Position numbers and translations under genes: made by a program | Assembly (NCBI RefSeq): GCF_018977255.1 | Contig: NW_024704742.1 | Span: 138,634,001 to 138,698,000 of the forward strand | Length of the DNA stretch: 64,000 nucleotides | DNA from: Callorhinchus milii | Taxonomy: Eukaryota | Direction of reading: 5' to 3' | Shown here: positions 51,001 through 64,000 of the stretch, one piece after another | Layout of the letters: each line of letters opens with the position of its first letter | Numbering within the stretch: position 1 is the first letter of the stretch | Notes under the pieces: generated by a model | Database searches by the model: none | Told to the model about the DNA's origin: nothing | The model's input: the letters and a program-made list of their open reading frames with translations, nothing else

Positions 51001-54000
51001 AGCAGACAAAATAGCCACCATCCTTCCTCAGGGACAGTAAGATGTGCTTTACCCAAAGGTTCTCCTTAGAACAGTTGTATTCAATCACTACTACAACAAA
51101 GCTTTTTTTTCAATGTAGCATTTGTTTATCTTCCTGGAAAAATGTGAATCACAGTGAAAGAGAAAAGCTCTTAGTTGTTATGGCATTTGTTATAACGCTG
51201 CTGGATCTTGTCTCGTGTCTCCTGAGGTCCATGGCATATTGATAGGGAGCCACATGTTTGGGAGCTATCTGTGACAATGTGATGCCAAAATCTGTGTGTA
51301 TAATATTAAGCCTTGCATTTGATATAGCACCTTATTACGTCTTCGTGACACCTCAAAGCGCTTCACAGAATATACTGTAAAGTGAATTGACCGTATATTT
51401 TGTGGGCGAAACTTGGCTCTTAGCGACCGAGTTAAGCTGACACTCAGTATAAATGATTGGTGCTGTGGTGCCACAATAAATCAATCCACACTCAGTGTGT
51501 AAAATAGATGGTTACATGGGATCATCAACACAATACTGAGCCCAGATACAACTTTTCCGAATGTATATGCCCTTCTGATAATCAACTGCAATGGGTTAAT
51601 CAAGTAAAACCTGATGTAGAATCCCATTATTCACAACTGAGGACAAATTCCCTCATGTTAGACAAAAAGAATGAGCGTTTATGTATTGCCTTAATACGTT
51701 TTTTAGCGCTTCAGAGTAATTACTGACGAATCTATGTTTTTTTATGAGCAAAGTCCCTGACTTAGGCTTTCAATCCTCACTCTTCTGAGACAAGAGGTGA
51801 GAGGGAGTGACAGAGTTAAGCTGACACTCGGCATCAGTGATTGGTGCTGTGGTGTGGTACCAGAATAATGCAATCCATGTTCAATGTGTAAATTAGATAG
51901 TAACTTGGGATCATCAACACATACTGAGTCCAGATACAACCTTTCCGCAGTCGGTTTTATCACAATCTAAATTTTGTCAACAGATTGCTGACTGAGACCA
52001 GTCTAAATGAAGCTAAATGTCAGGTCCTTAAGTTAAATGTACAGTTTATCTGTTTCTCCTTGAATCTGTTTCTCTACTCGGATCTATTCCGATGTGTATT
52101 ATAACACTGTAGCTCTTAAAGGTCACCTGAGCATTGAGAGTAATGCTCTTTCCATGAGTCATCCATCCATACAGGAGTGAAATTTCACTGTGTGAGGCAG
52201 ATGAAATCCTATCAGTGTGAAACGCGTAAACAACCAGCATTTCAATAATTCCCTTCACGCAGGATAGCACCATGGAATACTCTCTCTCCTACGTGGAAAA
52301 CATCTTACACCCTGAGACACACTAACTAAGTCTTACCTGAAAGTAGCGCATGGGATCATTGGCATAGTAAATCCTGGACTAACCCCAGCAATGACCATTG
52401 ACGCCAATGCTGTGATGCCACTTTCTGCTCCTGGCTGACTATCATTGCACATATAGGTGCTATGCCTCCTCTGGGAATGTTACATATACAAAGCCTAGCC
52501 TAGAAATCCTCAGCTAAGACCTGAAATTCATATATCAGATAAGGTAGCTTGTCATGGTTCAATCTTGACAAAAGATGTTTTAAGGAGACCTTATAGAGGT
52601 ATTTAAATGGTATTGAAACAATAAATCCAGAACAATGCTTTCACATACACCTAGACAGCAGAAAAACAGCACCGGTTCAAGGTTGCACCAAGAAGTATTT
52701 CTTTACGGGGAGGGAAGGGTGGATGAGGCCAGCATGTTGGACTCATTTAAGAATGTGCTAAGTGCTGTTATGAGAAGGTGGTGGGTTAGATATTCAGAAA
52801 GGATTAGATCAAATGGGCCAAAGGGCCTTCTTCATCTACATCTCTCGTGATCTTGTGAGGTACAAATGAAAATGATCTGCCAATGTTAGTGCAGAAGGTT
52901 GATGTGAGAGATGTGAGGTCTGAAATTCCACTTGTCTTAGCGTGTTAGGCCATTTCATCTTAAAACACAAGATGCCACAAAATTGTGGAAAATGATTAAA
53001 TTCATTCTCAATATGGGAAAATACTTGCTTTTCATAAGAATTGGGGAAAAGTGGCTTTCAGATTAAGATTGAATTGATTAGGTTCCCACAGTCCTGCACC
53101 ACCTCAAATTTTAAGACTAAATGTCCTTTTGGTCACCCACCTACTCTGCCCTCCACCCCTCCTGATTCCAACCCCCAGCTCAGGTCCAAATCCCTGACTG
53201 TCCAACTCTTTCGGACGTCCTCCCGACGTGAAAGGCTGTGTGTAAATGTAATGTGTTGTTGTTTACAGGCTGAGATTGGGTGGACTTTCAGATTTCTTTG
53301 AAGAGTTGGGTTGATATTAACCAAAAATACTATTCAGAATCAAAAGAAGTACTTCATTTTGTTTTGTGTTTGAGAGAATGTGGCTTAAGACATTCTTTTC
53401 CTACCTGTCCTGCTCCAAAGATGGAAACTTCATGCTTGGTTACACTTTCAAATCCGCTGAGCCCTTCCAGTAACTCACCAACTAACCGTTCTTCATGTGT
53501 GACACTGAACAGTGACTGTCAACAGACTGTTCAAAGAGATTACCACAGTTGAGTGTGGATCAGTGTCCTCACCTGCACACACTCTCAATACACACTCTAG
53601 CAGCAAGGATAGACAGCAAGTGGGAACAGGAACCTTGTCTGGTCCCCTCCCCAATCCCCTCCACCTTCCTACAGAATGACTAAGGCCATTTGTATTGTCT
53701 CATACTCTTTGCTCTGTTCCCTACACACTTCCTGCTGCTGTAGCTGAGATCAGCTCAATTAACGCAGATACTCAGAAACATTTCAACATGATTTGTCAAA
53801 AGACATTGATATCACAAACCGAAAATATGTGTTGTGTGTGATGGTGTGCATGTGAACAGTACACACTAGGCAGTATAAGCAAGCAATGTACTCTGCCTTT
53901 CCTCTGTTATTGTGCAGGATGCCAAAAAATGTTAAAACACTTTTGATTTGTTTAAAGCTGTTGCTGTTGTTTTGAGGGATTTAACAGTTTTTGATTTCTG

Positions 54001-56182
54001 CACACAATGCTGTTCCTTTGTCTCAGAGATTTAAACTATTCACACGTGCCATTATTAAAGGCCTGTTTTCACCAGGCCTCGTTTTAGCTACTGGAAACCT
54101 ATTTTATTTCAACTAAATTGTACAGACTGGGACGTTTCTCTCAACAAGAGTAGTTCGTAGCCTGGACCTCATACCTGTCTCTGTAATTGTTGGGCATGTC
54201 ATTTATTAAAACCACAATGGAAGTGAAATTAGCTTTAAAACACGGCTGGGGAGAGTGAGGTGAACAAGTGAAAACACCCTAGTCCTTTGAGGGAGAGCCA
54301 TCAGCCAGGGAGAACAACCTTTATAGAGACTGGCTAGAGACCCTCTCCTCTCCCATCCACTCCCCTGTACAAAGTCACTAGCTGAAGGGGGGTGGAGGGA
54401 GCCAGGAGAGGAGAGCTGAAGGTTGGGGGGGCGCAGGGAGCAAGGAGGTGGGAAGGAAACGGTGCCTGAAAGCATGGTCAAAAAGGTAAATCTTATGGTG
54501 GGCTTTAAAAATGGGGAGGGGCGAGGTGGTCGGACTCTAGAATGGACCAGAGACTGGGTCACAAGGGTGAAAGCTCGCTGGTGGCTGAGCCGATTGGTCA
54601 GGCTGGTGTTTGCTGAGTGGAAGGAGTGACCAGGACAGTCGGGTAGCAGGAGGTCACTGAGGTAGGATAGGGCGAGGACATTGAAGCAGTTGAACACAAG
54701 GGCACTTTGAATTCGATCTGCTAGGAGATCGGGAGCCAGTGGAGCTGAGCGAGGATGTGGGTGAAGGGAAAGGTTGGCTCAGCAAAGACTGTCCCATCGG
54801 GGAGGGGGAGAGGGAGGAAGTTACCTTGCCTCTGCTCAGTCTCCTCACAAGAGCAGGTCGGAGTCAGAAGGGAGGGAAATTGATCATGCAGAATGTGCAT
54901 CTTCTCCATGGATGGAAGTTTGATGTTGCTCGGTTCTTGTACACTGTAGTGACTGTTACAGGCACTACAGTTTCATGAAGAACCTTGCTTCAATATCATT
55001 GCACTTTGACTCCAGAAGAACCGTATGATATCGAATCACCAGAGAGATGTAGGCTATAGCTGAGGCTTCACTTGATCCTGTAGCTCAGCGGTTAGCGTTC
55101 TCGCCTAGCAAGCAAGAGGACCTGGCTTCGATTTCTGGGCAGGGCGAAACATTTGGGAAGTTTCCTTACTCCACACACTTCTGTTTACCTAGTAGTAAGT
55201 AGAAACCCGGTGTTACTCAATTGGCTGATCGCTTTTCCAGGAGTAATAATAAATAATGATAATTTGGTCACTCAAACCACAGCTATTTGTGGGACATTGC
55301 TGTGTGCAATTGGTTGACACGTTTTGGCCACAAAATATACAGTCCATTCAAGTGTATTCTGTGAAACGCTTTGAGATGTCTCGAAGACATGATAAGGGGC
55401 TGTATAAAATGCAAAGATTATTATTAATATCTGATTTAATGTTTGAAATACAGAGAACAAAGTGACCATTTCCAAACTCAAGGTTGAGGTCTCGGCTACC
55501 AAATGCTTACTTTTGCTTTTGTTCAAGTTGTCAGGTCAATAGACATAGCCTGTGCCCACATGACGGGGCACCGGGTGCCAGAGTGCAAAGAGCTTAACTC
55601 TTATGTGAAAGTATCTATTTTACTGAGTAAAATTCATGTTGTCTTAAAACTTCTTCAGCACTTTATGAAATCTATCTTCTATCTTTGCCTTTATGTATAA
55701 AGTGTAACACTATTTCCCACATTAAATGGGACACGTTCATGAAACTGAACTTTGATTTTTTTAAATATTTCTAATTGTTTAAATTCAGTATATGGCAAAT
55801 CTGTAGTTTCTGCAGTGTAATCGTGGCTGATCTTAGAAAGAAAGTGTTGCATTTCTATAGCGCCTACAAAATAGAAACATTTCAAAGTACATAACAGTAA
55901 TAACTGGCAAGTGTAGTGACTTTTATTTGGTAACGTTAACTATTTTGTGTACAGCAAAGTTCCCATCAATAGAAAGATAAAGAGGCTAAGAGAGCAAATT
56001 TTGATGTCAACAGGAAAATGTTGAGGAATGTTACCAGGCCTAAAAGAGTTAAGTTATGAGGAAAGGCTGCGTAAACTTGCCATTCAGCCGCTTGAGGCTG
56101 TTCCTCCATCCTGTTAAATCATGGCTAATCTGTACTTCAACCCCATTTACCTGCCCTTGCCCCATATCCCTTAATACCCTGA

Positions 56183-58500
56183 CTTAAGAACATAAGAATT
56201 AGGAGCAGGAGTAGGCCATTCGGCCCCTCGAGCCTGTGCCCCGCCATTCGATAAGATCACGGCTGATCTTCAGACCTAACTCTAATTACCCGCCCTCTCC
56301 CCATATCCCCTAATGCCTCTGTTGTTTAAATGTCTGTCAGTCTCAGCCTTGAAGATGTTCAAGGACTGACATCTACAGTCTTCTGGGGGAGTGGATTCCA
56401 TAAGTTCACTACCCTCTGAGTGAAGAAATGTTTCTTCAACTCTGTTCTAAAAGGCTGACCCTTAATTTTCAGACTGTGACCCCTGATTATAGACTCTCCT
56501 CCCGGGGAAACAGACCCTCAGTGTCTACTTTATCAGCCCTTTAAGAATCTTATATGTTTCAATAAGATCTCCCCTAATTCTTCTGTACTCCAGAGAATAC
56601 AGCCCCAGTTTATTCAGCCTCTCCTCATAGGTCAGTCCTCTCATCCCAGGAACTAACCGAGTGAATCTACGCTGCACCCCCTCGAGGGCAAGTATGTCCT
56701 TTTTNAAATAAGGACCAAAACTGCACATAAAACTCTCGGTGCGGTCTCACCAAAGCCCTATACAGTTGCAGTCAGACTTCCCTACTCTTATATTCTGAAC
56801 CTTTTGCAATGAACGCTAACTGCCGTTCGCCTTCTTAGTTGCTGCTGCGCTGCAAATTAACGTTTTGAGACCGGTGTACAAGGACACCCAAATCCCTCTG
56901 AACACTAACACTATCTAATCTCTCCCCCTCTAGAAAATAATCTGTTTTTCTATTTTTTCTACCCGGTTGAATAACCTCACACTTACCCACATTAAATTCC
57001 ATCAGGAGTCCTGTAGCTCAGTGGTTAGAGCACTCGCTTTGCAAGTGAGAGACCTGAGTTCAATTCCAGGCAGAGGGCGAAACCTTGGGCAAGTTTCCTT
57101 ACTCCACACACAGCCTAATAATAATCCCTCCAAAACCAAAAACAATAATTAAATTGGTCATTTTCAATCTACGACTGTTTGTGGGACATTGCTGTGCGCA
57201 ATTGGCTGCCGCGTTCGCCCACAAATATACAGTCAATTCACTTTACAGTATATTCTGTGAAGCGCTTTGGGACGTCCTCCTGACGTGAAAAGCGCTATAT
57301 CAAATGCAAGGATTATTATTATTATTATCTGCCACCTCCTCGCCCACTCCCCGAGGCTATCTATATTCCGCTGCAATCTTTTTGCATCATCCTCAGAGCT
57401 CACTCTCCCACCGAGTTTAGTGTCATCTGCAAACTTAGATACGTTACATTCAATGTCCTCGTCCGGATCATTGATGTAAATTGTAAATAGCCGAGGCCCA
57501 AACACTGATCCTGTGGCACTCCTCTAGTCACCTCCTGCCAATTCGAGAATGACCTGTTTATCCCTACTCTGTTTTCTACCCGTTGGCCACTCTTCAGTCC
57601 GTGCTAATATGTTCCCATTAATCCCATGGGCCTGAATCTTGTGCAATCGCCTTTTGTGTGGCACTTTGTCAAATGCCTTTTTAAAATATAAATATTCTAC
57701 ATCTACTGGTTCCCCCCTCTCTAACCGGCAGATACATCTTCAAAAAACTCTAAAAGATTAGTGAAGCGTGACTTCCCTTTTGTAAAGCCATGTTGACTCT
57801 GCCTAATCTGTTATGGTCTTCCAGGAATCCCATAACGACATCTTTAATTAAGGACTCAAGAATTTTCCCTCCCACTGAAGTCAGACTAACTGGTCTATAG
57901 TTCCCCATCTTTTCTCTCCCACCCTTCTTAAATAGTGGTGTCACGTTTGCAATCTTCCAATCAATGGGAACCGGTCCAGAATCCAGAGAATTTCGGAAGA
58001 TCAAAGACAAGCCATCCACTATCTCAGTCGCCACCTCTTTTAAAACCCTAAGATGGAGGCCATCAGGTCCAGGAGATTTATCAGTTTTAAGACCTGATAA
58101 TTTACCTAAAACCATTTCTTTACTAATATTAATTCCCCCAAGTTGCTCGCTAACATTGTCTTCTTGGTTCCCCTCTATTCTTGGTAGGTTTTCAGTGTCT
58201 TCTAAGGTGAAGACAGTAGCAAAGTACTTGTTTAATGACTCTGCCATGTCTTTGTCCCCTACTATAATTCCCCACGTCTCTGCCTGTAACGGACCCACAT
58301 TTACCCTTGACAGCCTCTTCCTCTTTATATATTTATAAAAACTCTTGCAGTCTGTCTTTATGTTCTTCGCTAGTTTGCCCTCATATTCCATTTTCTCCCT
58401 CTTAAACACTTTTTTGGTTCTCCTTTGTTGATCCCTAAAGTTCTCCCGATCCTCGGGTTTACTACTCATCTGAGCTGTTTTATAGGCTTCTTCCTTTAAC
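56183..58500 (-). mobile_element. About 2.3-kb CR1 LINE (ORF2 RT part), interrupted by a SINE
   Basis: KSPGPDGLH.RVLKE, NYRPVSLTS, SKFADDTKLGG and [12 protein letters not shown] motifs, with the 3' tail at about 56185. Confidence 0.92.
57005..57326 (+). mobile_element. tRNA-headed SINE (about 320 bp), young. More than 20 related full or partial copies occur across the window
   Basis: A box tagctcagtgg, B-box-like gagttcaattcc, L2-like 3' end and (ATT)n tail. Confidence 0.92.
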
Positions 58501-58565
58501 TTTATACTTTATAACTTTAACAAACATCTATCCACCTCAGTCTTGAAAATTTCAGTTGATCCAGG

Positions 58566-58985
58566 AATTGTATTCCCTTGAGTTTAGCGGGTTGAGGGGG
58601 ATTTGATTGAAGTATTTACGATGATAAAGGGATTTGATAGGGAAGCTACAGATAAGCTATTTCCTCTGGTGGGAATCCATAACAAGGGACATAGTCTGAA
58701 AATTAAAACCAGGCCATTTAGGAGTGAAATCAGGAGCATTTTTTCACTCAAAGGGTGATAGAAATCTGGAATTCTCTCCCCCAAAGGCCATGGATCCTGG
58801 ATCCATCCACACCTTCAAGAGGGAGGTTGATAGATTGTTGGTAGGTCAGGGATTAAGGGATGGGGAGAAAGCGGGAAATTGGAATTGAAAGGATTAGTTG
58901 AGGTACAGATCAGCCATAATCTAATTAAATGTCGGAACAGGCTTGAAGGGCTGAATAGCCTACCCCTGTTCCTATGTTCCTATGA
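58566..58985 (+). mobile_element. CR1 3' fragment
   Basis: tattcccttgagtttag...gatttgattgaagt, ending cctgttcctatgttcctatg. Confidence 0.75.
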
Positions 58986-61088
58986 AAAAGTGTGTCCTGT
59001 AACTGGAACACTTCTAAATTAATCAAAATTACCCCACTATGGAATGGGAGGGGAAGCATTGTGTTGCTAATGGCCAGATTAGCAGGGAATTGAATGTGTT
59101 GCCACTGGGAAAATAACACTTTTTAAGCTTTTATCATACACAATGGAAATACCTCCTCAAAACCAAGATAAGAACTTATTTGTAATTTTAAAAGTGCTCA
59201 CAATTCTCAGCCCAGCACTATTGTTTGCCTGTTTATTGTGTGTGTAGAAAGCAGCCTGTGGGCTCTGGACTCACCATTACATCCATTCAATAGTCCTGTA
59301 TCTCAGTGGTTAGAGCACTCGCCTCAAGCGAGAGGACCTGGAACCCGGTTGTTAATCGATTGGCAGATTGCTTTTCCAGGCGTAATAATCCCTGAAAAAA
59401 ATTAAATTTAAAAATTTTAAAATGTGGTCACTCAATCCACGACTGATTGGCCCACAAATTCACTTTACATTTTGTAAAGTACTTTGAGACGTCTCGAAGA
59501 CGTGCTAAGGCGTTGTATCAAATGCAAAGATTATTATTATTATAAATTTCTCAACCAATGACAGCTGTGAACTCTAGCGTTTTGATACATACTGAATGAA
59601 ACCAATTTGGGAAGTTTTTTTNAAAAGAAGGATCCAAGTTGTGTCTCATGAATAGTTTTCTTTGAGGTTGATAATGTGAAATGCATTGAGGCAGATGAAA
59701 TATTACTGAGGATTTTTCTTTTAAGCATCAAAAATTTGAAACTGATGAGTTGCTTCTCCCCTGTCAAATGTGTTGACATTAAAGACTCCCATTTGTCCCT
59801 CTCAAACACCCTTGAAGAAACGATTCTCTCCTACACCTTCCAATGTCCTATACAGCACCATCTCATGGCTTGGAAGGTTGAGGAAAATTCAAATCCACAA
59901 CCTCATTAAAGCCAACATTAGGTACCAAGTTAAGAACGGTGCGCTGTAGCTCAGTGGTTAGAGCATTCACCTCATGAGCGAGAAGGCCTGGGTCTGATTC
60001 CTAGGGAGGGTGAAACGTTGGCCAAGTTCCTTCCTCCACCTGCCTTTACTTACCTAGCAGTAAGTAGGATCACAGTTTTTTGTCTATTGGTGGATTGCTT
60101 TTCCAGGGGTAATAATCCTTTCAGACATTAAAAAAAATCATTTGATCACTCAATTCCACGACTGCTTGTAGGACACTACTGTGCACAATTGGCTGCTGTG
60201 TTTCGCCTACAAAATCTACAGTCACTATAGTTTACAGTATATTCTGTGAAGCGCTTTGAGTTGTCTCGAAAACGTGATAAAGCGTTATATGAAATGCAAG
60301 GATTATTATTACAAGAAGTGAATGAAAGAATCAACCATCCTCTGCCAAGAAATAAAAATCCAACAGACTTTTTCTCTGCCTTGATTTTGTACTTTGATAA
60401 GCTAAAGAGGATGCAAAGATAAAAAATGTCAAATTTTGTGAAGTATAATGAATTACATATTATTTTTTATTCTAGAAGAGCTGCATGTTCTATTTTAAAT
60501 GCTTACAATCTGTGTACTTCTCATTTTTGTAAAACTCTTGAACCGCTTTGCTCTGATTTACTGTAACCAAATGATGATTAAAACACTAAAACTATGTTGG
60601 AGAAAAAGGTTCCGTCTAACCTTATGTCGAAACACACCTGTTCACACCACACTCAGCTCTGAAACAAACTAGGAAATTAGGCCTCAGTTAAAACATTGCA
60701 TTCAGCTTTGTACTCCCCATTCCAGAGAGAATGCCACAGAGAAGGAGAGAGAGTACATCTCAGATTCATTAGGATGCTGAGTGGGAAGGGGAGCTGCCTA
60801 GTTTAGGTGTTGGTCCTCTGAAGATTAAGAGAAGATATAATATTAATACAGCTCTTATCTTTATAAATCGTGAAATTGCCTAAGTCGTACATGCACCCGA
60901 GTCCCATTTAGTTTCCTACCAAAACCACTTAGATTTCTTTGCAATAGTATTTATCATCTCCTAACTTGTAACGCAGCTCCCTTACCTTGTTACTCCCTCA
61001 CTTACTGGCTGCATTGAATTGTGGGAAATGTAGGCTTGATCCATTAACACATGCACAACCTTCATTATCCACGATTCAATGCTCGGTT

Positions 61089-61414
61089 GGAGTCCTGTAG
61101 CTCAGTGGTTAGAGCACTCGGTTTACAAGTGAGAGATCTGGGTTCGATTCCAGGCAGAGGGCGAAACCTTGGGCAAGTTTCCTTACTCCACACAGAGCCT
61201 AATAATAATCCCTCCAAAAAAAACAAAACAACAATAAATTGGTCATTTTGAATCCATGACTGTTTGTGGGACATTGCTGTGCGCAATTGGCTGCCGCGTT
61301 CGCCCACAAATATACGGTCAATTCACTTTACAGTGTGTTCTGTGAAGCGCTTTGGGACGTCCTCCCGACGTGAACAGCGCTATATCAAATGCAAGGATTA
61401 TTATTATTATTATT
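61089..61414 (+). mobile_element. tRNA-headed SINE, full length, young
   Basis: Near-identical to 57005-57326. Confidence 0.92.
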
Positions 61415-62146
61415 AATGCGATTGCAATGCTTGTGCATGGTGAGTGCGCTTGCAACGAAGGGTCAAGACACATTAAATCGCAGGAAATGGAGTCTTGACC
61501 CATCACCACACGCACACTTACCAGCTGCACTGCTGAACTACTGCATGGGCACTAAACCGGCTGCACTGAATTACGCGTGCGCAGTATGGATTATTGATTA
61601 CATTGGATTTTACGGCTAATAGCCTGCAACTTGGACTTCACATAAATCATGCTCCAGCTGATACAAAACTTGACAGCATGGATTTCACCTGCACTAAAAT
61701 CCGTACATCCATCACCCCAGTTCTTGCCAGACTTCACTGGCTCCCTGGCTCCCAACAGATCAATTTCAAGGTCACCACCTTTAACTATAAATCCCTTCAT
61801 GGCCTATCACTTCCTTATTTCTAAGATGTTTCCCTACCTCACTACTTGGCTTGCTCCCTCAGCTCGGTTAACTCAGGCCAGCTACATGTCCTCTGCCCCT
61901 CTGCCATTAACAACTGGAACTCCCATCCTCTACCCATTTCGCCCCCTTTCTCTATATTTAAATCCTGTTAAAAAAACCTATCTCTTTGCCTGTACCAATG
62001 TCACTTAACCCCTCCCCCTTTACTAATTTTTATGATGCACTCCAGGATGTTATCTTATTTGAAGGATGCTTTATAAATGCAAGGGTGTGGAATTCATTAT
62101 CACAAAAAACTATTGAGGTTGAAGTCAAAGGAAATTGGATATGTAG

Positions 62147-62499
62147 TAATAATCCTTGCATTTGATATAGCGCCTTATCATGTCTCCAAGCGCTTCACAG
62201 AATATATTGTAAAGTGAATTGACTATTTTGTGGTCGAAACACAGCAGCCAATCGCACACAACAGTGTCCCACTAACAGTCATTGATTGAGTTACCAAATT
62301 ATTATTGTTTTTTTAAGCGATTATTATCCCCGGAAAAGTGATCTGCTAATTGACTAACAACTGGCTTCCTATTTACTGCTGGGTAAACAGAGGTGTGTGG
62401 AGTAAGGAAACTTGCCTAAGGTTTCACCCTGCCTGGGAATTGAACCCAGGTCCTCTCGCTTGCAAGGTAAGTGCTCCAACCATTGAGCTACAAGACTCC
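62147..62499 (-). mobile_element. tRNA-headed SINE (older subfamily)
   Basis: Same head and tail as the other copies, on the reverse strand. Confidence 0.85.
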
Positions 62500-64000
62500 A
62501 CTTGAACAATGTAAGTGAACAATAAAAAACACGAGAGAGTCTTAAAAGTGTCATCAATAATAAAGGGGAATTTAAGGTAATGGTGCAAAAGCATTATGGC
62601 CTTCTGTGCTGAAATTTTCTTGACATCCTTCAACTAAATGACCAATTTCTTTGGAAATTTCTGGCCAGGACACGAGGAGCATCTCCTTTTTCTTTTCCAA
62701 TTGTTTCAAAGAATCTTTATCTTAACATTCACCTGAAGAACAACAGGCATATGGGTCCTTTGTTTAACATTTCACCCAAAGGATTACGTTCCCCTCAGCA
62801 CTAAGGGAATGAGAGTTGCTGAGGCACTTGAACCCACAAACTCCTGACCCAGAGTGGGGAGCAATACATTGGAATAGAGAGCAAGATGCTGAAGGTGCTG
62901 AGATGGAGGGTCTCTATTCCAGCAAGAAAGATCAGAACTCACTCTATTACAAATACAGTATTACAACACAATACATTTACACAGCGCCTTTCACTTCAGG
63001 AGGACATCCCAAGGTACTAGACAACCAGTAATTTGGACCCGAGCTGGGGGTTGGGATCAGCAGGGGTGGAGGTTAGGGAGGGTGGAGGTCAGGGCGGGTA
63101 GGGGCGCTCGAAGAGGAGGGTCTTGAGATGTGCCTTGAAGAAGGCAAGGGAGGGGGTGAGGCGAAAGGACTGTGGGATGGAGTTCCAGCGGGTGGGGGCA
63201 GAGAGTTGAAGGCCCGACTGCCGATGGTTGGGCGGGCAGGACGGGGAACGAGGAGCAGGATGGAGCCTGCTGAGCGAAGCGAACGGACAGCTCAATATGG
63301 AGTTTATCAGGTTACAGAGGTAGGAAGCAGCAAGACCGTGAGAGAGGCCGTATTAGAGAGATTGTGAAATACACTTGGAGCTCATATTCACTTTTGACTT
63401 TCACAATACATCTGTCATCTTTACTTGAAAAAAAATGAGAGGATAGGAAACCATACATCACACTACTCACACAACTCTTAAAACACTTTTTCAGCAAAGA
63501 GCTGCATAATTGCTTCTTGAATTTGTGGTTCAATCCCTCCTTCAGTCTTGACATAATGCTTGGGGCTAAATAAACCTCAGTTGTGTTCCTGCTATTGATT
63601 GTGATCATCTAAAAACTGGAAGACCGTTTCAGTCTATTGGTACCTTCTGAAGCAGAGCTGAAACACACCCCTCTAGAAAACAAATATTTTTTAAAAATTA
63701 TATTATTAAACAAATATCGAGTAGTAAATCTATGGAACAGGCTTCCTAGAGGTAATATAATTCTTATTTTTTTTAACAATATAATCATTCCTAAGGAGCC
63801 TGGTCTCCCAAATTGTTGTTGTTCAGTGCCTTGGTAATCCAATTTGCTCAAACTATTGTTTTAAATAAATTTGTCTGTTAACTTCTTTTGTTGATAACCC
63901 CATGTTTATGGTTAAGATAAAGATTTAAAATTTGCAGAAATCTATAAAACAGCCTTAAATTCACTCTTAATTTAGAAGCCGGCTTTCTAACTTTTTGGAG

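Noticed and set aside
57005..57080. tRNA genes
   Set aside because: The tRNA-like heads continue into a shared body and (ATT)n tail, so they are SINE heads.
63312..63608. Possible minus-strand exon (MITINSRNTTEVYLAPSIMSRLKEG...)
   Set aside because: It has plausible AG and GTGAGT boundaries, but I recognise no protein family and found no partner exons.

Overview
Vertebrate genomic DNA, not prokaryotic. It has spliced genes with GT-AG introns and dense L2 and CR1 LINEs, tRNA-headed SINEs and minisatellites. The repeat landscape suggests a cartilaginous fish (inference). Three genes are on the + strand. (1) The 5' half of complement C6 (signal peptide, TSP1, TSP1, LDLa, start of MACPF; 2365-10317), with its LDLa and first MACPF exons repeated at 12162-12670. 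(2) Only the last two exons of FBXO4 (14903-15493), joined to the C6 fragment through a 54-bp satellite, possibly by misassembly. (3) A growth hormone receptor (GHR) gene (28977-48082). The main finding is that this GHR carries two complete, in-frame, tandem copies of the four-exon extracellular hormone-binding module. The membrane-proximal copy is canonical. The distal copy keeps the structural Cys and WSXWS-like residues but has lost both GH hot-spot tryptophans (W104 and W169 equivalents). The first exon of the two modules is almost identical, including flanking intron, while the other three exon pairs are highly diverged. Most long ORFs in the supplied track are artefacts of simple repeats or LINE fragments. 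Exon numbers follow the human genes as I recall them.
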